This document shows, piece after piece, positions 1 to 10,900 of a DNA stretch of 33,576 nt. The first letter of the stretch is position 1. Every line of letters starts with the position of its first letter. This DNA is from Vitrella brassicaformis CCMP3155 (taxonomy: Eukaryota; Protista; Chromerida). The DNA lies in NCBI GenBank assembly GCA_001179505.1, contig CDMY01000670.1:1-33576 (forward strand), given 5' to 3'. The position numbers and the translations under genes are program-made. Under the pieces are notes generated by a model. That model was given only the letters and a program-made list of their open reading frames with translations. It had not been told where the DNA came from and did not search any database.

Positions 1-3000
1 CACCTACTACCAGTATGGCGCCCACAATCTGACGGATTTCCTCCTGACAAATGCCGAGTGGACGTCCAAGGTCAACTATTACGACGCCTTCCTCGACGTT
101 TGGAGCAGCGACCTGATCGCCGATTACAACGCCTGGCCCAACCGCACCACGGACTACGATAGGCTTGTCAATCAGCACATCCACGCAGGTAGGCAAGCCA
201 CCCATCCATCCATCCCCAGCGGGCAGCGGGCGAAGGGATGACATGTGTATTTGTGCGTGTTTGCACCTTCATTCATCAGTGCATCTGCTGGCGATTGCCA
301 TTTCGTTTCTGACCGAGTGGAGTCCCGACATGGACACGAACCGGGCGGCCATCAAGCTGGAGCTCTGGCGTAACAGCTTCGACACCTTCTGGGACGCCAA
401 CCTGCGGTTCGACAAGGATAATCGACTGAACGGAGCCTTTGTCATGCTCCAGCAGTTCCCGGGGACCACAAAGTTCAGCGATCTGAAGGCGGTGGCGCCC
501 GAGAGCGTTGCAGAAGTCCCCATTCAGATCCCCATGCCGAGCTTCGAGTCAAGATTTGTGGGTTGCACACCTGGCACTTTTAACGATGGTATGTGCAGCT
601 GATGTTGCGCCTTTGTAATGGTCGCAGAGAGAGGCACTCTTCGGACTAGATCATTGACGGATTGTGTCCGCCTTCATTTGTCGTCTGTCTGTCTGTTTTC
701 AGGATTAGAATGTCAGAACTGCTCGGCCAACACCTTCAGCGACCGCACTAATGCCTCAGTGTGTGAGTTGTGTCCTGCGGGGACGGGCCAGCCCGCCGCG
801 CGGCAGACGGGATGCATCGACTGTCCGGTCGGACATTTCAATCCGGGCAGGTCACTGGCGGGATGCCAGGCGTGCCCACTGGGCACCTTTTCAAACACAA
901 ATAAGACCGTGATGTGCTCCAAATGCCCTTTAGGTAATCAGATGCTGTACGTGTGTGGGCATTCTGGGCATGTGTACATTCCGTAGGCACCTACAGTGAC
1001 AGAGAGGGCTCCACGGAATGCACCGCCTGCTCGGCTCACCAGACGACCCGCGTCACCGGGCGGACGTCCATCAGCGACTGCGACTGTGAACCGGGATTCT
1101 ATTTTCAGCCACGACACAATGCGTCGGCGGATGGGGGGAGCTGCCAGCGATGCTCAGAGTATTTCGCCTGCCCAGGTACACACACTGGCAAGCAACGAAG
1201 CTGCCTGCCTGCCTGCTTGCTTGCTTGCTTGCTTGCTCGCTTCATTCATTCAGTCATTATATTTATTGGTGCGTGTGTTGATCCAGGTGGTCAGATGGAG
1301 CTCTCTCGCGTGAGCGACGTGCTGCTGCCTGGCTACTATCTCGATGGCAACGTGACGAGCGTCGATTCGGTTTATCGGTGCCGCATTCCGACCAGCTGTC
1401 CTGGCCAGGGCGTTAGGCAATGCGCAGCCCATGCCCACGCGATCGGCTGCGGCAAATGTGACCCCCAGTTTTACCGCTGGGGCCCGAAAAGAGGCTGCCG
1501 CAAGTGCATTCTCAGGTCTCACTCGGCGAGTGTGTTGGTGGTCTTGGCTTTTTTGAGCGTCACGCTGCTATTCCTAATCACGGTTGCGATTCTCTTGTAT
1601 TCGCGGACGTACATTAGCGAGGCTCATCTGCCGGCCACGCTGACACGGAAGACAGAGAGACATGGATCCAAATCCGCCGTGTAAGCAACACTCACTTGGA
1701 TGCGTATATGTCTCTTGTCTCATCCTGTGTCCGACGCCCTGTCTGGGCATTTATGAATCGACCGTACAGGGCGATCGTATTGAGTTTCGTCCAGGAGGTG
1801 GCCGCCTTTTATGGTCTCACAGTGACAACCACAAACAATAGCATCTTGGGGCCCTTAGGGAACCAGCTGTCATTGCTCTTTCTGGATACGAATGTGTTGG
1901 GGCTGCCGTGCTGGGCTTCCGCCCTCGCTGACTACGAAGGCCACGTCGTCGCTACCACAGTGATGCCGCTGCTCTATGTTATCATCGTAATCGCCCTACA
2001 CATCATCATGTGGGTGAGTAGCCAACGTGTGTAAATGCCATATATGAACTTGTATGTCATGCTGGGTCAGCTGTGGTCGGAGCCCATCCTTCGCTTCCTT
2101 GAAAGCAGGCGGGCCGATAGCCTGTCGCGTGGATTGAGCTGCGACGCCAAGCAGCGCACAAGTCTGCTGGCCTGGGTCGCAGAGAGGACTGTGAGTGACT
2201 TCTGGCTCCGGAAACTCGCCGAGTGCGCGTCTGGACCTCACCCTTTGACAAGGGAAAGTGATTGGCTCAATGACTGATACGCCCGCGTCATGCGCTCACG
2301 GGCGGGTGTATCTGTGTGTGGTGGCTGGACGATCAGGTATGTGCGTGTCTGACAGCGACAGCCTCTCTCTTCTACGTCATTCTGGGCCGCCTGGCGTTCA
2401 CGGGCATCGACTGCTTCGATGTAAAGGGTATGATACATAAAGGGTGCCAAGACGCACACACGCACACACATGATGGATCGCGTTATGTGCATTTTGTCTT
2501 GCTGCACCGGCTGCCAACCGACAGCATCCCAACGGCACGGCGAGCGTACGTCAGTTCCCCCATGTGCTGTGCGGGCTCAAGAGCGGCTCACCCGAGAGGC
2601 GGACGACCCTGCCGCTCACCGTCCTCAACATCATACTCCTCGTCGCAACGCCGCTCGCGGCCACCACATTCGCGGCGCTCTATGGCCAATGGACGCTCAC
2701 AGCACAGACAAAGGGTACGCGCACTTATCCATATATGTGCGGGCTCATGTGTGTGTGTGTGTGTGTGTGCAGGCGGTGCGATCCAGTACCAACTCTGCGA
2801 CCCATTTCGGTATTTCTACCAGCGATTCTGTGAGTCGGCGCCCTGGTGGGAGATCATCCGAATGGGATACAGGCTCTTGATTGTCCTTGCAACCGTCGTC
2901 CTGCCTGACAACGGCAGCCTCCAATTACTGTAAGAGCTTGCCTGTCTCCGTCTCACTCATGGCTTGGCTGCCTGGCTGGGTGCAGCTACGTCTCGGTGCT

Positions 3001-4255
3001 AGTCGTGGCGTACATGCTAGGCCTCGTAAGCACACACACTGACGGAGTGTGCAAAGCGGAATGGACTCTGAGCAATTCTTGTGTCTTTCCTTGTGTGATT
3101 GTGTACGATGGATGCAGTTCGTCATCGTACCGTGGCGCAGCCGACGAGACAGCGCATTCGATATGATACTAAAGATCTTGTCATTGCACATGATGTATGT
3201 GAGATTCATCTCACTAATGCTCTCACGCACTCACTGATCCTATCAATGTCCTTTCAGCGGATTGCTCGGGATCTTTTTCATCGAAGAGCCCATCCGTCCC
3301 GCAGACTACCCAATCGCCATCACCTTCGTCGGTCGGCTCCCCCCCCNNNNNNNNNNNNNNNNNNNNNNNNNNNNNNNNNNNNNNNNNNNNNNNNNNNNNN
3401 NNNNNNNNNNNNNNNNNNNNNNNNNNNNNNNNNNNNNNNNNNNNNNNNNNNNNNNNNNNNNNNNNNNNNNNNNNNNNNNNNNNNNNNNNNNNNNNNNNNN
3501 NNNNNNNNNNNNNNNNNNNNNNNNNNNNNNNNNNNNNNNNNNNNNNNNNNNNNNNNNNNNNNNNNNNNNNNNNNNNNNNNNNNNNNNNNNNNNNNNNNNN
3601 NNNNNNNNNNNNNNNNNNNNNNNNNNNNNNNNNNNNNNNNNNNNNNCCCCCCCCCCCCCCCCCCCCCGCAATGCCATGCACACGGACGCACTTACGGATA
3701 TGTTTCTCTGTGTGTGTGTGTGTACAGCTGTGCTGCTTCTTCTTGAGTTCCTGGTCGTCATACCCGCCCTGAGCATTAACGTCCTCAATCTGGCAAGGAT
3801 GGCAGACATCACATAGATGGCTGTCCGTCGTGATACTCTCTGCCTGCATGTGTGCCTCAGGTGCGTCCGGCGCGGGAGGATCTGACGATGTCGCAATTCG
3901 GACCGAGGATGACGTGGCGCAATTCAATTAAGTCGGTCGGAGACTCACAAGGCTGCCAGGCAATCGTCCCACAAGAGGCCCAGACATCTACATACGACCC
4001 CGCTGCACCACCGCAGGTAAATGGGCCTGGCCAGTTTGCTCTCCCATCTCTCTCTCACACCCTCTTTGGTTTGTGTGCGTGTCTCTGTGTGTGCGTGTGT
4101 GCGTGCAGTTCTCATGCGAGATGCCTGCGAGAGGTGGGGCATTCTTTGACGACATCATTCGGTGTGAGCTGCCGCATGTGCTTGGCGTACTGTGGGCATA
4201 CGCTTCGGCTGACTGTCCCGCTGAGGAGGCGGCCCACACCAATCGCGCACTGCAA
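1..4255 (+). CDS. 5'-truncated multi-exon membrane receptor-like protein: periplasmic-binding/Venus-flytrap-like C-terminus + GCC2/GCC3 (ephrin-receptor-like) Cys repeats + about 9 TM module + cytoplasmic tail
   Basis: Hand-spliced exons <1-188, 280-588, 703-933, 987-1175, 1287-1680, 1770-2013, 2071-2190, 2337-2420, 2525-2714, 2773-2929, 2986-3025, 3118-3194, 3258-3331, 3728-3792 (or to TAG at 3816), 3861-4016, 4109-~4255 keep one frame. Motifs: FDTFWDANLRFDKDNRLNGAFVMLQQ; repeated CxxCPxGT/HF units; TM-region motifs IVLSFVQ, DCFDHPNGTASVRQFPHVLC, FRYFYQRF..WWEIIRMGYRLL. The 3' end is uncertain and may extend to about 4800. Confidence 0.8.
3347..3646. other. Assembly gap (300 N) flanked by poly-C, inside an intron
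   Basis: N run. Flanking exons (end 3331, start 3728) are phase-compatible, so no missing exon is required. Confidence 0.95.
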
Positions 4256-5411
4256 GTGATTCCCCGGCAGTCCCACCACTTGCCCCCCCTGTCAGACCAA
4301 CGCCACACACACATAAGCCTCGAATGCATTGACTTCCTCTGCCTTGTCGCCGTCCCATCCGCTGCTACTGATGCTGATGCTGATGCCGGTGGGACGTGTG
4401 TGCGACGTCTGAGCTATGGCGTTCTCAAAGCCCTCTACAGCGGTCACACAGAAGGTAGAAGCATCGTCCATGAGCCCTGTGGAGGAGACACAGCCGAAAC
4501 GGAGTCCGGGCCACGCCAGGAGCACAATGGGGATGACCAAGGGCAACGACCGCATGACGATCACCAGCAGGTGGACGCTGGTGGTGCCGATGGTGGTGAC
4601 AGGGAGAGAGCGGTGATCATTGCATGCCTGCCCGCCCCTCTGCTGGCGTTCCTCAGCGACAGACGCATCAAAGTCCACTGACCAAGTGAACTGCATAAGC
4701 GCCGGGCGGGTGGATCATGCTCCTCCCGTTGGTGCTGTGCTGCTGCCGTGTCTCGCCATGCTTCCACCTGCTCTGCAAGGGGTGGTCCACTCACTGATCA
4801 AATGAAGCGCATGCACAAGCTTGACAAGCAGGGGAAGGAGAGGGAGAGGGAGAGGGAGAGGGGGGAGTGGGTGTGTGTACACAGGTGTAGATAGGTACAC
4901 AGAAGCAAGCGTGGTGTCGCATACCGGCCCATCTACCTGTTCTGGCTGCATTCATTTATGAGTCGTGTGTGGATGTGTCTCAGCTTTATTTATCTCCACC
5001 CATGTGTCTCTGTCTGCTGAGTAGACAATAGTGGTCCAATTATGGTCCAATTAATTGGAATGCATGGGTAGGGGGCCGCACGTGGCATGGGGGTAGAGAG
5101 ACAGCGTGTAGCCACCGGTTGTAGCGTGGCCTGGTCTATTTTTTGTCCCATTTGGTCTTGCGTACGAGGGCTAGGCCTAGTGAGGTGGTGCATGGTGTGT
5201 TGAACTGAACTGTGCGGCTGGCGCGGCTGATAAAATGATGGATGGATGGTTCACTGTTGATCGAACTGAGGTGCCTCACTGTGCGGCGCGGTTTTCGTCG
5301 CATTCAGATTTGAGTCTCCGTCCACCCCACTATGTACAAATCTGTTCGCACGGGTCTCGCGAGCGCACACAATGCAGAAAGGCTCGTGTGCAACCACACA
5401 CGTCATCCAGA

Positions 5412-5435
5412 CACGACTCGCAGCACGACTCGCAG
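5412..5435 (+). repeat. 12-bp direct repeat CACGACTCGCAG x2
   Basis: Exact tandem copies. They contain CTCGCAG, the core of the promoter motif seen elsewhere in the window. Confidence 0.7.
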
Positions 5436-5612
5436 CAGACACACGCGGCCGCCAGCCTGTGCTTATCTAAAGCTTGACCGGCTTGTGGTCGTGGACAGTG
5501 TCCACGACCACATGTGCACAAGCCGGCCACATTTTCATGATCAAGCCATAATACGCACACACCAGCGCACACCTACACAAGGAATGGCTCGTCTGTTTGT
5601 TTTGATTGAAAG

Positions 5613-5749
5613 GTCACACGGGTTACGTGACGATAGCCACGAAGGAGGCGCCACAGGCCGAGCAAGCGCAGCAAAAGCCGCAGGAGCAGGGGGAGGGGAC
5701 GGGGACGGGTCAACAACAAGCAGAAGAGGGCAACGATAAGAAGGGCTAG
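5613..5749 (+). CDS. Putative isolated terminal exon (G)HTGYVTIATKEAPQAEQAQQKPQEQGEGTGTGQQQAEEGNDKKG*
   Basis: Follows a T-rich tract ending in AG (gtctgtttgttttgattgaaag). Open to TAG at 5747-5749 with coding-like composition. No upstream exon could be assigned. Confidence 0.4.
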
Positions 5750-6013
5750 GCGTGTCTGTTGCATAGTGATTGGCCGGGCGTGTGGGTGGCTGCATTGCAT
5801 TGCTGGCTGGAACGGTGGATGCCTGACATTTGTGCTGCATGTGTGTATCATATGCGCCACAAATAAATCTTCACACTCATTGGTCTCGCAACGCACGAGT
5901 CAACCGCGTGTGAACAATTCGCACGTCCAAAAGCCGGCCAATCATCAGCCAAAAAATCGCATACAGATGACACAGCTGTCCGCCTCCCTCCCTCCCTCGC
6001 TCTCCGCTCCCCA

Positions 6014-7338
6014 TTACAGCTTGAGCTCGATCCCATAATGTGTGAACTCGCAGTCGAAGCCCATGTCCTCGAGAATGTCCGCCACGCGGCGGCCGAGCAG
6101 GTCGCCTCCGACCTGTCTAAGCTGCTGTTTCAGCCAATTGTCGTGTTGCACCCAATTGGTCCAGCACCCGATGTCCAGCACCAACTTGCAGGCCAGGCTC
6201 TTTGCCATGTACTCCAACATGAATTCGTTATCACCTGAAACGGACTTTTTCTCATGATAAAACAGACTTCAGCGTGCGCTCTTGTGATCGCTCTGCTCCT
6301 CTTTAGAGGTCTCATACATCAGTGTAATGACAGTGATTCTGCAATGGGACGGGCCGCTGGATGAGACATGAACGAACGAATCACTCTGTCATTCTCTCGA
6401 GTCACACGAGCGTGTGCTTGTCAGTCAATCAGTGAATCAATCAATGATGGGTCAAGAGTGGGCAAGTGGCGCCGGGGAAGCCGACGGGGGAGGTGGGTGG
6501 GTGTTTCTCTATGTGGTGGCCGGCTATGTTGACCATGTATGGCTGATGTGAGACACTCATGGCCGGCCACCTCGTGGCCAGTCAGGCCAGGATCACGGCC
6601 GTCTCCCAAGCGAAGCAACCGAGGAGGGTTGTCTGTAGTGATGCAGTGATTCACTAAATGATTGAATGAATGAATGAATTGAATCAATTCATTGATTGAC
6701 TGACAAGCAAGCACACACTTATGTGACGCGAAGTGTTTTGTGCTTGCGTCATGGCTGGGTCGTTTGTGAGTTTCGCACAAGCACTTCACTGCAAATGCGT
6801 CGCATTCGGATCATTCGGGCCTGTAAGGGCTCAAGGCTTGCCTGACGCTGCAAGAAGTCTGTTTCATCATGAGAAAAAGTCCGTTTCACGTGATAACGAA
6901 TTCATGGCGTGTTCTGCCTCCTCCTGCAGCTGGATCATCTTGCCGTTGCGGATGCGGCTCACCTCTGCGAAAGGCACCTTGCTGATGGCGATCTTGTCCT
7001 CGGGCATGTCGATGTTGAAGTAGCTGAACTCCTTCTGCAGCTGGGCCTTGCTGATGTTGTGGGGCACGTGCACGGGAGTCCCGCGGCGGTAGAAGTCCAG
7101 CACATACTCAAACAGATCTCCATTGGCATCTGACAACACACAGACCTGACGGCAGTGCTCGTCCTCTCTCTACAGCGATGCTTCGCCACGCACCGATGAA
7201 GATGGATTCGGCCTGGCTGGGGCGCCACTGGTCGTCGACGAGTTTGGCCAGCAGAGTGTTGGGGTGCTTGCTGAGGGTGGACTTGGCCACCTCGTACGCC
7301 TTGCCGCCCACATTCAACTTCACGACCTCGACAGACAT
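6014..7338 (-). CDS. BTB/POZ (KCTD/T1-type) domain protein, interrupted by a TIR element that is probably spliced out
   Basis: Exon 1 7338-7194 (MSVEVVKLNVGGKAYEVAKSTLSKHPNTLLAKLVDDQW..IFI); GT-AG intron 7193-7130; exon 2 7129-6890 (DANGDLFEYVLDFYRRG..LQKEFSYFNI, a classic BTB_2 pattern); proposed intron 6889-6235; exon 3 6234-6014 (DNEFMLEYMAKSLACK..ELKL*). Confidence 0.88.
6222..6902. mobile_element. Non-autonomous TIR (MITE/foldback-like) element of 681 bp, introner-like
   Basis: 6222-6270 is the reverse complement of 6854-6902 (49 bp, 2 mismatches: 6235/6889 and 6259/6865). CATG flanks both sides (6218-6221, 6903-6906). Removing the element plus one CATG gives the in-frame ...AEHAM-LEYMAK.... 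No transposase recognised inside. Confidence 0.85.
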
Positions 7339-7969
7339 GCCGGAGGTGGGGATGCTGGTGATGGCGGACTCTGAAGGACGGCTGCTGATGCTGCAACGGG
7401 TGCCAGTATTCCTGCAACATTCTCGTTTGTTTTGTGGTGGTGGCGGATGGGTGCTCTAACGTCACGGCCGGGCGGCCAGGATCCCTGTCCAGGGCAGGAT
7501 CAGTGATGCGTGTACGTGGGGCCGGTACGTTCGTTGCACTGCACTGCCGCACACAAGAAGTGTCAGTGTCTACCCACCTCGTCCATCCATCCAGCCAGGT
7601 AGGAGGTAGTCAGGAAGACATGTACACGCACCTTCCTTCCTGTTAAGCACCACTTGCAAGCGTCTACCGCTGATGCAAAAACCAGCATCCCAACCATCCC
7701 AAGAGGGAGGGAGGGAGGGAGGGAGAGAGGGATGAGTCAGTCAGTCGTCAGTCGGTCAAGAGAAACCTACACCAACAGCTGGCCAGCTGCCCGGCCTGAC
7801 CTAAACTGACTGACGTGCAGGACCGACCGGCAGGACAAGACACGGCTGCCTGTCGGTCTGTGTGTGCAAGACTCGCTCCCAATGGCTGAGCTAACTCGCC
7901 ATCCCAATGAACGCACACTCACACACAAATACTCAGTCAGTCAGTCACTGTGGAACTGCAGTTGCTTAG

Positions 7970-10900
7970 TCAATCACCCTCCTGTTGAGGCTGCTCCTGC
8001 TGCTGCGGCTGTTGCTGCTCGACGGCATGTCCGCCCTCACTCTCCATCTGGCCCTTGCCCTCCTCCTTCACTTCTGCTGCACCGCCCGACTCCTCAGGCG
8101 CCGCAGCAGCAGCGGCAGCGGCAGCAGCTTTCTCCCCACTGCCACCAGCCGACTCGCCTTCGGTCTCCTGGGGTGCAGGTAGGGGTGGGGGCGGTGCAGC
8201 AACGTCAGCCATATGCTCATCGTCAACTTGACCAGCTGGCGCTGCAGCAACAGGAGCGGCAGCAGCAGAGGCAGCCGATGACGCCCCTCCGTCGTGATGA
8301 GAGGGCATGGCATTGGGTGGTGGGATGAGGGGTGGAAAGGGTTGGGGATGGGATGCGAGGAGAGCGCTGGATAATGGGGGCTGTGGCTGGGGAACCTTGC
8401 CCTCGTTGATGCAAGTCGGGCAGTAATACTTCTCCGGCTCCTCCTGAACGAAAGACAAGCATGGAAGAAAGAGGCGATGGCCTCTGTGTGTGGTGGTGGT
8501 GCTGTCTGTTGTCTCACCGTCATGTTGATGCACTGCCTGTGGAAGACCTTGGGGCACGTCTCGCAGCAGATGACGTCACCTGCCTTGTGGCAGACGCTGC
8601 AGTGGTAATGCCACCCGTCCGGACCCACAGCCTCCTGACACGCAGTTCAACAGACAGACAGACAGACGGCCATGCCAAACATACGAATGCAATGTGTCCG
8701 AGCCTCCGACTGACCAGGTCAGCGGGACCCTCCTCGGTCTCCGCCCTGGCAGCAGCAGCAGCAGCAGCAGCAGCGCCGGCCCTTGCAGCCCTACGCCCAC
8801 GCCCAACCTCCTCGTCCACCGGGTCCATCCGTCGGCTGGGCCGCCCTTTGGCCTCAGAGCACCGCCGGAGGTTCTTCATGACCTGCTGCTCGCTCGACTC
8901 ACTGTCCATCAAAGACTCGTCGTCGCTCGTGTCGCTCTCGGCCGAGCTCTCCTCCTCAGAGTCCTTTGCGCGGCGACGTGGGGCGTTGCGGCGGCCGCGA
9001 CGGTCACGGTGACGGTGACGCTTGGGGGGCTGGTTGAGACCCTCTAGCCGCCGCTTGTGCCTGAGTTCTCGCTCCATCGCCTGACGACGCTGCTTCTCCT
9101 CACGGTCCTCCTGCAAAAGGCCAAACACAACACGTGAGAGTGTTGTTCCCATGCGCCGCTGTGTGTGTATAGGAGTGTCTTGGTGTGGTGTCTGCGACCC
9201 ACCCTGGGGATGAATATGTCGGAGAATGCGTCATGGTCGGAGGGCTCTCTCATGCGCCGCTCCCGCAGGCCGTATCGCCCCTCCACCTTCATCTGCTCAC
9301 GCCTGGCGCGCCGCAGCCCCCGCCCACCCATGCCACCCACATCGCCCCCACCCAATGACGACATGCCGCCCCACTCGTCGGCACCCAACGATGCATCGTC
9401 CTCGTGTGCTGCTGCAGCAGCTGCTGCTGGGGGAAGGGGTGGTGGGTGTGGCTGTTGTGCGAGGAAATCGGCCATGTACTGCATGCGCCTGGGAGGGAGG
9501 TTCTCGAGCTCTTCGTTGGTCCATGCCATCTGGCCCCTCCGCTGCCTGTCCTCCTCTCGCCGGGTCTCGTACGCCAGCTCCAGCTCCCTTTGGCGCGCCT
9601 CGTCGGCGTACTTGCGGTGCCGCGCCTCGTGCGCCTTGAGGACGTTCTCGCGCTTCTTGACACACACCTGCAATCTGCAAAGGAACACACAGACAGACAG
9701 ACAGTGTGGCGTGATGTGGGGGGGAGTTGGGTGGTCGGATCGTTACTGACCTTTTGAGCAGCCAGAGGGCGCATGTGGTCAGCGTCGATATGGTCGATGC
9801 GTGACTGACATCCTGATGATATCGCCACACAAAAGACACACACACACACACACTGTGTATGAGGGAGATCTGGCCTCCTTGCCCACTCCCCAGCCGCCTC
9901 TTCCGTCGCTGGCTGACCTTCCTCCATGCGGCCTGCTCTACCCCTGTGCCGTCGAACACCTCATCCACGAGCTGCCACGACTCCTCGGGCGCAGCCTCCC
10001 TGAGGTCGCCATGATAGTAGTCGACATCCATCGCCACATACGACGGGGCAGCAGCAGCTGCAGCGGCTGCTGCTGCCGCTGGGACTTCTGCCGGGGGTGG
10101 GGGTGCGGCTGCCGCCGCTGCCGCTGCCGCTGCAGCTGCTGGCGGTGCTACTGGTGCACTGGCTCCCTCATCCTGCTGCTGCTGCTCTCCATCTTCTTCT
10201 TGGTCTCCGAAGACATCTCTGAGCCTCTTCTCGTCCATGTCGCCACTGACAGCGTCCTGCGCCGCCTGTGGCATGTCTGTGTCGCGGCGATGGTCGTGGT
10301 CGTGGTGGGGGTGAGGTTGGTTCTGCAGCTCAGGTGGCGGGCTGGTGGGCTTGCTCGACGGGGGTAGGCTCCTGTCGGCCCGCCGCTTCTCGCGCTCCCG
10401 CCGCTCTTCGTCCTTCCTGCACCTGGAGGCGTTCAGGGCCACCTGCACCGACGACTCGAAGGCCAGCAGCGCCGCTCGAACGTCGCCCGGGGACAGCTCG
10501 TGGTGATCGTCCTGCATCGCAAACACACGAGCAAGTTTGCTGGAACGGTGCTGGGCTGTACCTACCATGTTGTCGACGATCGTGAGGCTGAGATCGTCCC
10601 GCCAGTTGGGCATGTCGTTCATGAAGGCGTAGAGCGGCGTGGTGGGGTACTCGTCGCGCACCAAACCCGTCTCGCGCATGCGCCGAGCCGCAACACGCAG
10701 GCCATCGAACACGTCACGCGCACCTGCACACGCAAAACACAGAGAGGGTTGGGNNNNNNNNNNNNNNNNNNNNNNNNNNNNNNNNNNNNNNNNNNNNNNN
10801 NNNNNNNNNNNNNNNNNNNNNNNNNNNNNNNNNNNNNNNNNNNNNNNNNNNNNNNNNNNNNNNNNNNNNNNNNNNNNNNNNNNNNNNNNNNNNNNNNNNN

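Noticed and set aside
6421-6789. 122-aa ORF inside the TIR element as a transposase
   Set aside because: Too short, partly low-complexity (TCAA/TGAA repeats), and no DDE or DNA-binding motif is recognisable.
6867-6905. MNSLSRETDFFS* as the native BTB C-terminus, with tail-to-tail paralogs
   Set aside because: The same sequence appears inverted at 6218-6257 with no BTB upstream on the + strand, and the segment beyond it continues the ORF exactly at the duplicated CATG. An insertion explains this better.
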